Positions 8,130-16,829 of a stretch of 50,341 bases of DNA are shown here, one piece after another. The notes beneath the pieces are model-generated. The model ran no database searches, was not told where the DNA came from, and was given only the letters and a program-made list of their open reading frames with translations. Each line of letters opens with the position of its first letter. Position 1 is the stretch's first letter. The DNA is taken from positions 1 through 50,341 of the forward strand of contig JAHEAM010000001.1 of assembly GCA_024642765.1 (NCBI GenBank), given 5' to 3'. This stretch comes from Planctomycetaceae bacterium. GTDB lineage: Bacteria; Planctomycetota; Planctomycetia; Pirellulales; Pirellulaceae. Position numbers and translations under genes: made by a program.

Positions 8130-9606
8130 TCATTGCACGCGAAAGCAACTTGCCGATCTCTTGCACTCCGGGGTTGAAGTTTGTGACGAAACACTCGAAC
8201 GGCATTTAGAATCTTGCGCAAGGTGTCGTTCCGAACTAGAAACGCTGGCCGGAACTCAAAACTGGTGGACCGAGGTCAACGCCCAGCTTTCGACCGTGGA
8301 CGAACTGTCGGTTTCGAGCGCTCGATCGAGCCAAGAACGCGGCGACGCCTCGCGGTATGCCTTGCAGTTGCTCGACCCGCCAGGACATCCCGAAATGTTA
8401 GGTCGGATCGGCCGCTTCGATGTCGAACGCGTAGTAGGGCAGGGCGGTTTTGGAATCGTCTTCAAGGGCCACGACACCGAACTCAACCGCGCCGTTGCAA
8501 TCAAAGTCCTCTCGCCCCATCTAGCCTCCAGCGGTGTTGCCAGAAAAAGATTTGCCCGCGAGGCTCAGGCCGCAGCTGCTGTCAACCATCCGAACGTTGT
8601 GCCGATCCACGCAGTGGATGCCAACGCCGATGTGCCCTATTTGGTCATGACCTTTGTGCCAGGACATTCATTGCAGGGGATTGTAAACAAATACGGTCCA
8701 CTGGAACCGAAATCGATCGTACGAATCGCGATGCAAATCGCGTCCGGTCTAGCTGCGGCTCACGCCCAAGGCCTTGTCCATCGCGACATCAAGCCCGCAA
8801 ATATCTTGCTCGAAAACGACTTGAATCGCGCGATGATCACCGATTTCGGACTCGCTCGCGCCGCCGATGATGCGGCCGCCACGCAAACGGGTTGGCTGGC
8901 TGGCACGCCGCACTACATGTCTCCCGAACAAGCACGCGGAAATGACATCGATACTCGCAGCGACCTATTTAGCTTGGGCAGCGTGCTTTATTTCATGGCC
9001 ACGGGACGCGAACCGTTTCGCGGTGAAACGCCGCTGGCGGTCTTGCGGATGATTGGTGAACACCAACCGTTGCCAGCCCATTCGATCAATTCGGACATCC
9101 CGCGTGTGCTTTCGACCGCGATCGATCGATTACTAGAGAAAAATCCGAAGGATCGTTTCGCGTCTGCTGCCGAACTGGAAATTTGGCTCGAACAATTCCT
9201 GGCTTACTTGCAGCACCCGCAATCGGCCCGTCCGCCGCGGATCGCGACGACGCAACGCACAAAAAAACGAACACGGATTCTCGCTGCGGCGATTGCCATG
9301 ATCTTGACAAGCGTCGTCTGTGGATGGCTTTTTCAAGACTATTGGACAATCAATCAGAGCTCAACAAAAGCCAATACCGATGCAACAGTTGACGCCATAA
9401 GTTGGCGTCAATCTCTCGACGAACTTCGGCAGGAACAGCAATTCTTGGACGATATCAATATCTTGCAAAATGAGATATCGCAATTCGAAACCGTCATGCA
9501 TCAATCAACAACAATTGTGTTTGGCAGCGAATCTGACTCGCTTGAATCCAATATCGAAATCGTTCGCGAGCAAATCCAAAATCTCGAACAAATACTGAAA
9601 GAATAA
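8119..9606 (+). CDS. Ser/Thr protein kinase with an N-terminal zinc-binding anti-sigma (ZAS-like) segment, one TM helix and an extracytoplasmic coiled coil
   Basis: HLESCARC (H-x3-C-x2-C) at 8203-8226. Kinase motifs GQGGFGIV, VAIKVL, HRDIKPANIL, DFGLA, MSPE. TM helix ILAAAIAMILTSVVCGWLF. The ATG overlaps the sigma gene stop by 11 nt. Confidence 0.9.
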   Translation: MQNNHCTRKQLADLLHSGVEVCDETLERHLESCARCRSELETLAGTQNWWTEVNAQLSTVDELSVSSARSSQERGDASRYALQLLDPPGHPEMLGRIGRFDVERVVGQGGFGIVFKGHDTELNRAVAIKVLSPHLASSGVARKRFAREAQAAAAVNHPNVVPIHAVDANADVPYLVMTFVPGHSLQGIVNKYGPLEPKSIVRIAMQIASGLAAAHAQGLVHRDIKPANILLENDLNRAMITDFGLARAADDAAATQTGWLAGTPHYMSPEQARGNDIDTRSDLFSLGSVLYFMATGREPFRGETPLAVLRMIGEHQPLPAHSINSDIPRVLSTAIDRLLEKNPKDRFASAAELEIWLEQFLAYLQHPQSARPPRIATTQRTKKRTRILAAAIAMILTSVVCGWLFQDYWTINQSSTKANTDATVDAISWRQSLDELRQEQQFLDDINILQNEISQFETVMHQSTTIVFGSESDSLESNIEIVREQIQNLEQILKE

Positions 9607-9633
9607 TAACGCTTCCAGCGTGTTAAAAGTAGC

Positions 9634-9652
9634 AACGGTTTTCCCAACCGTT
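9634..9652 (+). terminator. Short hairpin between the kinase and the downstream gene (possible attenuator or processing site)
   Basis: AACGGTT-ttccc-AACCGTT is a perfect 7-bp stem followed by TAT. The T tract is weak. Confidence 0.3.
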
Positions 9653-9692
9653 TATCTGAACCGAAACGATTAAAACTTTTTGGAGAACCGAC

Positions 9693-10352
9693 ATGAAACT
9701 TTTGTTAATCGGAACCTCGTTACTAGTTTGCGGGATGCTGTATTCCGCCAGCACTGCACAAGAGCCGGCAGTTGCAACTGCACCTTCGGCAATTGCGGGA
9801 TCACCGCTGTTTACCGACCCCGCGGCGGCCATCTACAGCACAAGTCAAGATGAAAATTACTCTGTCGCCAATAGCTTTACCATTTTTCGAGCCGGAGATG
9901 AGCGTGACGGCGAACTTCGTCAAGCTCTTGAGGCCTATCAAAACGCCGATAGCGAAGAACAAAAACAAGACTCGAAGGCTACCATTCGCGAAGCTCTCGA
10001 CGGTCGCTATGAAACTTTCCTAGAGGAGCAATCCGAACAAATCGAAGAACTCGACAAACGCGTGCAAGAACTACGAGCACAACTTGTCCGCCGTCGCGAA
10101 GCAAAGGAACGGATGGTTGAACTGAAAATGGAAATGCTTATCAGCCAAGCAGACGGATTGGGCTGGCCCGAAAACAATGGCGGAAACAATTTCGGAATCG
10201 ACATTAGGCATTCGGATCCGTTTTTAAATGGACCAATGACTCAAAACATCCAAACCGGGGTCCTGATCCCACCAACTGCAACAAGATTGGAAAGGTTGAA
10301 TAGTGTAGCACCTCGGAATCCAGCTCCGCCTAGGTCCAAAAACAACCGCTAG
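9693..10352 (+). CDS. Secreted coiled-coil protein, function unknown
   Basis: GGAG RBS at 9682-9685. Signal peptide MKLLLIGTSLLVCGMLYSASTAQE. Charged heptad region EEQSEQIEELDKRVQELRAQLVRRREAKERMVELKMEML. Confidence 0.7.
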   Translation: MKLLLIGTSLLVCGMLYSASTAQEPAVATAPSAIAGSPLFTDPAAAIYSTSQDENYSVANSFTIFRAGDERDGELRQALEAYQNADSEEQKQDSKATIREALDGRYETFLEEQSEQIEELDKRVQELRAQLVRRREAKERMVELKMEMLISQADGLGWPENNGGNNFGIDIRHSDPFLNGPMTQNIQTGVLIPPTATRLERLNSVAPRNPAPPRSKNNR

Positions 10353-10376
10353 TCCTTTCGAAAACAACTTATCACC

Positions 10377-10418
10377 GCCTGCAAGTTCTTGCTAGAACAT
10401 GCAGGCTTTTTCGTTTTT
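10377..10418 (+). terminator. Rho-independent terminator
   Basis: GCCTGCA-A-GTTCT-tgct-AGAAC-A-TGCAGGC (12 bp of stem with one A/A mismatch) followed by TTTTTCGTTTTT. Confidence 0.75.
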
Positions 10419-10674
10419 AGTAGCGAGCAAAAAAACCCACTATTGAAACTCAAAGACCTACCGCAAATCAAAATTCGCACCTTCCGCCCAGTAGTCGAAG
10501 ACTTCCAAATGCAAAAGAACACAATCAAACGCAACATAGCAAAATCAATACGGCACTGTGCGCAATCCATTGCGGACTTGGCTGTGGTAAACTAATTGTG
10601 AATAGCGGACGAAGCGCGTGCTGCCGTTTGCAATAACATTTCAATCCCCAACTCATACTTTTTCGGAACAAGCA

Positions 10675-12564
10675 ATGACTCAGTTTTTTCGCATGTGTTT
10701 CGTCGCGCTCTGTGCCAGCGTCTTTTTTGTCGGGAACTTTTCTTCGACTGCAGCCCAACAGGCGAACATTTCGGCTCGTTATGAAAAACGTGAGGCGCAG
10801 ATTCCGATGCGGGACGGTATCAAATTACATGTCGCCGTCTACTCGCCACGCGACAAATCGAAAACGTACCCCATCATGATGAATCGGACTTGTTACAGCA
10901 CGCAGCCGTATGGTCCCGATCGTTTTCCTGGGCGACTTGGCACATCGAAGTTCATGGATGACGAAGGCTACATTTTCGTCCACACCGATGTACGTGGTCG
11001 TTGGAATTCCGAAGGCACGTTCGACAACATGCGGCCTCATGTACCAGGCAACTTGCCTATTGATGAAAGCTCAGATACCTACGATACGATCGAATGGTTG
11101 CTGGCTAACGTTCCGAATAACAATGGTCGCGTCGGTATTTGGGGCATTTCCTATCCCGGTTTTTATTCCGCTGCAGCGCTGCCGGAACATCATCCCGCAC
11201 TTGTCGCCGCATCGCCTCAAGCGCCGATTTCGGATTTCTTCTTCGATGACTTTCATCACAATGGCGCCTATTTGCTGAGTTACTTTTTGGCCACCGCAAC
11301 GTTTGGCTACCAACACAATGGCCCCACACAGTCGTCGTGGTACAAGACTCCACCTCCATCGAGCAACGATGCTTGGACTTTCTATCAAGCGATCGAACCT
11401 TTAGGCGAGAGTTCAAAGGCCTATTTTGGCGAAGACAATTTCTTCTGGCAAGAACTCATGTCCCATCCGAACTATGATGAGTTTTGGCAAAAACGTAGTA
11501 TCTTGCCGCATCTCAAAAACGTCAAAACAAACGTCATGGTTGTTGGCGGCTTATTCGATGCCGAAGACCTGTACGGCCCTCTTCATATCTATCAAGCTCT
11601 TGAGAAGAACAATCCGGGCATCAATAACTCGATTGTGATGGGGCCTTGGGGACACGGCGATTGGGCGCGGGCCTCCAAAAATGCCGTCGTGGGCAACGTA
11701 CCGTTTGGAACCGACATCGCGGAAAGCTATCAGCGCGACATCGAAGCTGTTTTCTTTCGGTATTACTTGAAGGACGAAGGACCAAAACCTGATTTCGAAG
11801 CCCGAGTTTTTGACACAGGTACACGCCAATGGCAAACCTTCGACAAATGGCCGCCAGCTCGCGCATCCGACGGTGCCTTGTTTCTCAACGCCGAAGGACA
11901 ACTCTCCACACAACCAACCGACGATCCCCAAAAGTCGTTTGCTGAATTCACAAGTGATCCTTCAAACCCAGTACCCTATCGCGATCGACAATTAATTAAA
12001 TTGCAATTCACACCCCGCCAATACATGTCGGACAACCAAAAATTCGCGACGACGCGAGACGACGTGCTGGTCTTTTCGACAGAGGTCTTGAATGAATCGA
12101 TAACCATCGCTGGGAACATCGATGCTCAACTCTTTGTAAGCACGGATCACACGGATTGCGATTGGGTAGTGAAACTAATTGACGTCTATCCGGACAATCA
12201 TCCACAATTGCCCGGTACTCCCGAGGGCATTGTGCTCGCCGGTTATCAACAAATGGTCCGCGGCGATATCATACGGGGCAGATTCCGCAACAGTTTCGAA
12301 AAACCTGAGGCCTTTCAACCCAATACGGTGACAGAAGTAAACGTGCCCTTGCAAGACATTCTGCACACGTTTAAGCCCGGTCACCGAATCATGGTGCAAG
12401 TACAAAGCAGTTGGTTCCCGCTGATTGACTTGAACCCGCAAACTTATGTCGAAAATATCTTTCATGCAAAAGACACCGATTTCGTGAAGGCCCAACATCG
12501 CGTTTATCTGTCAGCAGATAAACACAGTCAGTTAAAACTCCGATTTTTGCCATCCGCCAAATAA
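10675..12564 (+). CDS. CocE/NonD family hydrolase (S15 Xaa-Pro dipeptidyl-peptidase-like), secreted
   Basis: Signal peptide MTQFFRMCFVALCASVFFVGNFSSTAAQQ. RDGIKL..VYSP, nucleophile elbow GISYPG, and a long C-terminal beta-sandwich region typical of the family. ATG at 10675 is preferred to track start 10618. Confidence 0.88.
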   Translation: MTQFFRMCFVALCASVFFVGNFSSTAAQQANISARYEKREAQIPMRDGIKLHVAVYSPRDKSKTYPIMMNRTCYSTQPYGPDRFPGRLGTSKFMDDEGYIFVHTDVRGRWNSEGTFDNMRPHVPGNLPIDESSDTYDTIEWLLANVPNNNGRVGIWGISYPGFYSAAALPEHHPALVAASPQAPISDFFFDDFHHNGAYLLSYFLATATFGYQHNGPTQSSWYKTPPPSSNDAWTFYQAIEPLGESSKAYFGEDNFFWQELMSHPNYDEFWQKRSILPHLKNVKTNVMVVGGLFDAEDLYGPLHIYQALEKNNPGINNSIVMGPWGHGDWARASKNAVVGNVPFGTDIAESYQRDIEAVFFRYYLKDEGPKPDFEARVFDTGTRQWQTFDKWPPARASDGALFLNAEGQLSTQPTDDPQKSFAEFTSDPSNPVPYRDRQLIKLQFTPRQYMSDNQKFATTRDDVLVFSTEVLNESITIAGNIDAQLFVSTDHTDCDWVVKLIDVYPDNHPQLPGTPEGIVLAGYQQMVRGDIIRGRFRNSFEKPEAFQPNTVTEVNVPLQDILHTFKPGHRIMVQVQSSWFPLIDLNPQTYVENIFHAKDTDFVKAQHRVYLSADKHSQLKLRFLPSAK

Positions 12565-12599
12565 CGCGGGGGCATTACGATTAACGCTGATTCGATTCA

Positions 12600-14087
12600 T
12601 TAGGGCTTGGGCGGGGCAGGGAAACTCGCCCAGGTTTGTTGCCGCGACTCAGGGTTGACTTCCGTCAAATCGGTACCGGCGGGGAAAATCTTCGTGTGTC
12701 GACAAACGAGCGTCGCAGTCTCGATCGGATCGTCGCGATAGGTTTTGTTCCAACGCGCTACTTGGTAATCCAGCAGCCGTTGTCGCAGAGTTTCCAACGC
12801 GGGAAACGACGGATCGTCGTTGGCGTCGGTGATCGCCGCAACATTCCAATGCAATCGACGCCACGGCTGCGAAATCATCGAGACGTAAACGGATCTTTCT
12901 TTGGCAGCTTTCAAGGATTCGCGTTGAAACAAATCGACGCGCAAACCACTCTTCGTCGTTCCGAAATAGTCAAACCGCACATCTTCATGAGGAATTTCGC
13001 CAAACATTTTGAATTCTTGTGTGAGCATCGTCGCCGCGCCGATTGCAAGTACTTCGTCGTAAACCTTCGATCGCGGCAAAACACTAAAAATGTTAATTAC
13101 GACGACAAACAGCAGCAGTATGCCCGCCGCAATCTGAGCGAACGCCGAGTATTCGAACGGTCGTTTTTTGTCTGTGCGGACGAAAATCGAGCGATTCGTA
13201 CGGACCAGCCAGGTCCCTTTGGGGACAAGAGCCACCCAGGCGACTAGGCATGTGATTGAAAAAATCCCGATCGACATTGTCAGCGCAATACCAAGATGCA
13301 TCCAACAAAAGATGCCGCAAATGATGCCTCGAAAAAAATTTGTTCCATTGGGCGTGAACAGGAAAAAGAGTACTCCCAACTCCGCAGCCAAAGTCCCCCA
13401 GGTAACCACCTTCAGCGCCAGCGGCCAATTCAGCAACCATTCTCCTAACGGTTTCACGTACATCTTTAGTTGCAAAGCCAATCCCAAGGCTTCGCCGGAT
13501 ATCCAGTCCATGTTTAACTTCGCGATCCCTGCGAAAAAATAGACGCAAGCCAATTGGACAATCAATCCAACCGTCGCAACTGAAGTTACCTGCGATGACT
13601 TCCAACGCGATTGCTGGCGCCACAAACAATCAATGCTGGCAAAGGCTCCAACCGGTAGAAAAATGGACCAGGCCAATAGCGCCCGCAGCAACACATCACC
13701 GCCGGTTGTGATCAGTGGGTTCCTCATCTGCAATGAATAGGTGAGGAGCAAACAAATGATGGTCGCGGTCCGAGTGAAACATCCCAGTGTCAGAAACAAC
13801 GCGGCAACCGCATGCAACGCCATCAGGCGCACGACAAACGCTGCTGAATCGTTAAGCGAATAAATCGACCAGGCGCTACCTAAACCGATCCCATCGAGCA
13901 CACCGCGCTGAATCCCTCTGGGCAGCACTCCCTGACCAGTGAAAAAAACATCTGCCAATGGATGGTAGTTGAACAACTGCCAGAGGATAATGAAGCCTAT
14001 TCCGATTCGCATAAACGCAAGCGAACGAATATCGATCGTGAACAGTTTATAGGCGAGACTGAATAGGCGGTGGTCTTGGGTAATCAA
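12600..14087 (-). CDS. HTTM domain (vitamin K-dependent gamma-carboxylase-like) integral membrane protein
   Basis: N-terminal SLAFMRIGIGFIILWQLF, then GGDVLLRALLAWSIFLP. About 8 or more hydrophobic helices, then a ~150-aa soluble C-terminus. TTG start. Confidence 0.75.
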   Translation of the reverse strand: MITQDHRLFSLAYKLFTIDIRSLAFMRIGIGFIILWQLFNYHPLADVFFTGQGVLPRGIQRGVLDGIGLGSAWSIYSLNDSAAFVVRLMALHAVAALFLTLGCFTRTATIICLLLTYSLQMRNPLITTGGDVLLRALLAWSIFLPVGAFASIDCLWRQQSRWKSSQVTSVATVGLIVQLACVYFFAGIAKLNMDWISGEALGLALQLKMYVKPLGEWLLNWPLALKVVTWGTLAAELGVLFFLFTPNGTNFFRGIICGIFCWMHLGIALTMSIGIFSITCLVAWVALVPKGTWLVRTNRSIFVRTDKKRPFEYSAFAQIAAGILLLFVVVINIFSVLPRSKVYDEVLAIGAATMLTQEFKMFGEIPHEDVRFDYFGTTKSGLRVDLFQRESLKAAKERSVYVSMISQPWRRLHWNVAAITDANDDPSFPALETLRQRLLDYQVARWNKTYRDDPIETATLVCRHTKIFPAGTDLTEVNPESRQQTWASFPAPPKP

Positions 14088-14250
14088 TGCCAGAATGGTC
14101 CGGAAAGAGTAAACTAATTTGAGAAATTCGCCCCAGTCTTAAAGAAGGGCCGCCGTCTATCTTTATCTTATTTCTGCCCTTATGCAAGCATCGACAGGGT
14201 TTGCAGAATGAGCAAACTCACTATTTATGCTGTGACATTTGGCCGTACTC

Positions 14251-16431
14251 CTAAAACGTAGCCAGAGCTTCTTGTTTGCCGAGTTCCGGGCGTGTCGTTT
14301 TTTGACACGCAACATTGACTCGGAATCGCGTCGACCAACGCCCGTTGACATCACCTTCGACCAGCCAATGCGGCAAAACGACAACCGATTGATGAACCAA
14401 TTCGAATCCGCTTTCTGACTGGCTAACCGCGCCGATCGGAAAAGCCCAGAATCCCACGCCATCGTCTACTTGCAAATCGATATGCAGACCCAGCCACTCG
14501 TCGTGAAGCTCTAAGTTCTTCGCGTCGTCCAACTCGAGAACCGTTCCGAGTTGCCCCAATTGTTGACCTGAACCCGTCGAGAAATAACGATCGTCTTGAC
14601 CGTCTGGCAAACCTGCAAAGTTGAACTCACAGGCGAACAGCGTTTTCAATCCTGCCGGTAAATCTTCGATCAAATATGCCACTTCGATGTCATCGCTCCC
14701 CGCATTGAGGGTCACGCCCTTCGTGATCTTGCAACGGTGACCACTCAGCATTGCGTTTCGCGTCATTAGGACTTGAATTCGATTGGGGTTTCTACGAATC
14801 GTAGATTGAAACTCGCCATCGGTACAATCGCATTGCTCAACTACCTGCCCGGAGCGAACATTTTCCAGCGTCGTGTTTGGATCCCAAAAATGGTCGATCA
14901 GTGACTTGCGCATTCGCTCGTCATACTGCAAAAAATCGGCCAAGTCCTCGCGCTTGAGCACCACACGGTCATGAATGCTGGCTGCGGAATCCGTATTTTC
15001 CTGTTGACCTCGTGTGATCTTCTCGTGATAGGCTTCCGGTCGTCGCTGAATGGTTGCCAGCAAGTTGTGCCCGTTCTTGCGGATGTCCCATTCATAAATT
15101 CGACCGCCCATGTGGGGATCCAGCCACAACACCATTTGGTCGTTAGCCAATCGCACTTCTTGGAATCCATCGAAGTCATAGTCGGCAGCGGTCGCCTCGA
15201 TCCATTCACTGTCTCCGCGAGCCCACAGCTCCAATTCGTTTTCGGCAGCAATCAAATTTTGGTAAACGGAATTCCGCAAGTGAGGCAAATAAACGCCACC
15301 GAATGCTCCGTGCCAATAGCTACAATTGCATTGGCCTTGATACAGCCATTGACGCGCACGGCGAACCACGTCGGCAGGGCAGCCCTCTGATTCCGCCTGT
15401 TGCAACAGCAGACTGACGTACATCATTCGCGCGTACATCTCATTCGATTCCGCATACTTCACTTTGAAATTTCGCCAGTAGCCGCCACGAATGAAGGTCT
15501 TGAGCTCGCTCCATCTTGGGTCTTGCTCGAGCTCGTGCACCAGTTCGTGATGAATCAATTGACGATCGACTGGCAATGCCCATTCGGTCATCTCACGATA
15601 ACTGGCATCAGGCAGGTAAATCTTGCCGGCAGGAGGGACTTGCTCGACAACATCAGCGAGAGTTGATGTTCGCAGCCAATCTTGATTGTGCGTCAACGCG
15701 TCGAAGAACCGGCGCAACCAACCATTCTTGTAAACGTGTTGTTTTGTTTCCGGCCAAGTTCCGAACTTCTCTCCATCGTCGCCGAACACAACGGCGCAAC
15801 CTGGATGTTGCTCGCCCAGTTGCCGACAATATTCGATCGTTTCATGGGCGTCACAAAAGGGTATTAAATAGCGCAGCCGCTCGCTTCCAGGGAAAACACG
15901 TAATATTTGCCCTTGGTCCTCAGTCACAAAATAGCTAGTTAATTCCGAATCGGTCAAACCGGCGCAGCGAAAGTGATAATCATCGAGAACCGTATATTGA
16001 ATATTCGCGGTCGCCAGGTCATTTGCAAGCGATGACTCCCAGACGCGTTCGGGCATCCACATGCCTTGAACCTTCGCGGCGAGACGACGCTCGAGCCATC
16101 GACTAAAACTCGTGATTTGCCCCACACGATCTCGCGCAGGGATCATCGTCAAAATCGGTTCGTAGTAGGCACCGCCAATGATCTCAATACGCCCGTAGCC
16201 CACCAGCGCCGCTAATCGGTCCAAATACTCTGGATGCCGCTCGTCCAACCATTGCATCAAGCAACCCGAAGTGTGCAACGAAATCTTGAGCGATTCGTAG
16301 GGCTCAAACACATCCAAAAACGGCAGGTAACTATCTTGATAGGCCTGCTCAAAAACGTTGTCAAAGTTTCCAATCGGCTGATGATTGTGCAAAACCAAAC
16401 AAAGTCGCACCAAAGGTTCCGTCATGGCCAT
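14251..16431 (-). CDS. Glycoside hydrolase family 57 protein (alpha-amylase / 4-alpha-glucanotransferase type)
   Basis: LCLVLHNHQPIGNF at the N-terminus, ISLHTSG, GRIEIIGGAYYEPIL, WMPERVW, and a large C-terminal DUF1925/1926-like region. Start is set at the internal ATG 16431 (MAMTEP...). Confidence 0.85.
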   Translation of the reverse strand: MAMTEPLVRLCLVLHNHQPIGNFDNVFEQAYQDSYLPFLDVFEPYESLKISLHTSGCLMQWLDERHPEYLDRLAALVGYGRIEIIGGAYYEPILTMIPARDRVGQITSFSRWLERRLAAKVQGMWMPERVWESSLANDLATANIQYTVLDDYHFRCAGLTDSELTSYFVTEDQGQILRVFPGSERLRYLIPFCDAHETIEYCRQLGEQHPGCAVVFGDDGEKFGTWPETKQHVYKNGWLRRFFDALTHNQDWLRTSTLADVVEQVPPAGKIYLPDASYREMTEWALPVDRQLIHHELVHELEQDPRWSELKTFIRGGYWRNFKVKYAESNEMYARMMYVSLLLQQAESEGCPADVVRRARQWLYQGQCNCSYWHGAFGGVYLPHLRNSVYQNLIAAENELELWARGDSEWIEATAADYDFDGFQEVRLANDQMVLWLDPHMGGRIYEWDIRKNGHNLLATIQRRPEAYHEKITRGQQENTDSAASIHDRVVLKREDLADFLQYDERMRKSLIDHFWDPNTTLENVRSGQVVEQCDCTDGEFQSTIRRNPNRIQVLMTRNAMLSGHRCKITKGVTLNAGSDDIEVAYLIEDLPAGLKTLFACEFNFAGLPDGQDDRYFSTGSGQQLGQLGTVLELDDAKNLELHDEWLGLHIDLQVDDGVGFWAFPIGAVSQSESGFELVHQSVVVLPHWLVEGDVNGRWSTRFRVNVACQKTTRPELGKQEALATF

Positions 16432-16829
16432 CACAAAGTCCAAAAAATCGTTTTGTCTACGAACAAAAAAGCCCAAACTACGTCCGGATTTCATGAAAAT
16501 TTGACACGCCAACATCCAGGTCGATCGAGTGGAGCCAACATTTTCACGTGCGTTCCCCGACACACACTAGCTATCATCGAAGTACCGACTAAATTCGTCA
16601 ATCGCAATTTCAAAAGTGCAAGTCATTGTGGAGGTTTAGGCGAACGACGCAACTGCCTGCATCGGATGCCATCTGGCGAGTGACAAGATTGCTTCGGAAT
16701 TGTCCCCAAAGCAATAACCGCAATGCCGTTTGATTGTTGGGTATGCGGCTGCACACCTTTCGAACGACAGACATCCACCTTGCGACACAATTTCGTCTTC
16801 ATCGCAAGATGCCAAGTCCTGTAAATCCC

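Noticed and set aside
8214-8870. 218-aa Arg-rich ORF in an alternative frame of the kinase gene
   Set aside because: This is an out-of-frame overlap with a canonical kinase domain. Its composition (R, S, C, P rich) is typical of off-frame GC-rich translation.
16432-16563. N-terminal extensions proposed by the ORF track, here for GH57. The same pattern occurs at 22638-22820 (rsm-like), 36512-36622 (glgA), 39184-39300 (tag), 41249-41314 (glyA), 34167-34208 (fmt) and 7323-7382 (nadD).
   Set aside because: In each case an internal ATG or GTG coincides with the conserved family N-terminus. The extension adds non-homologous residues or creates large overlaps with the upstream gene.
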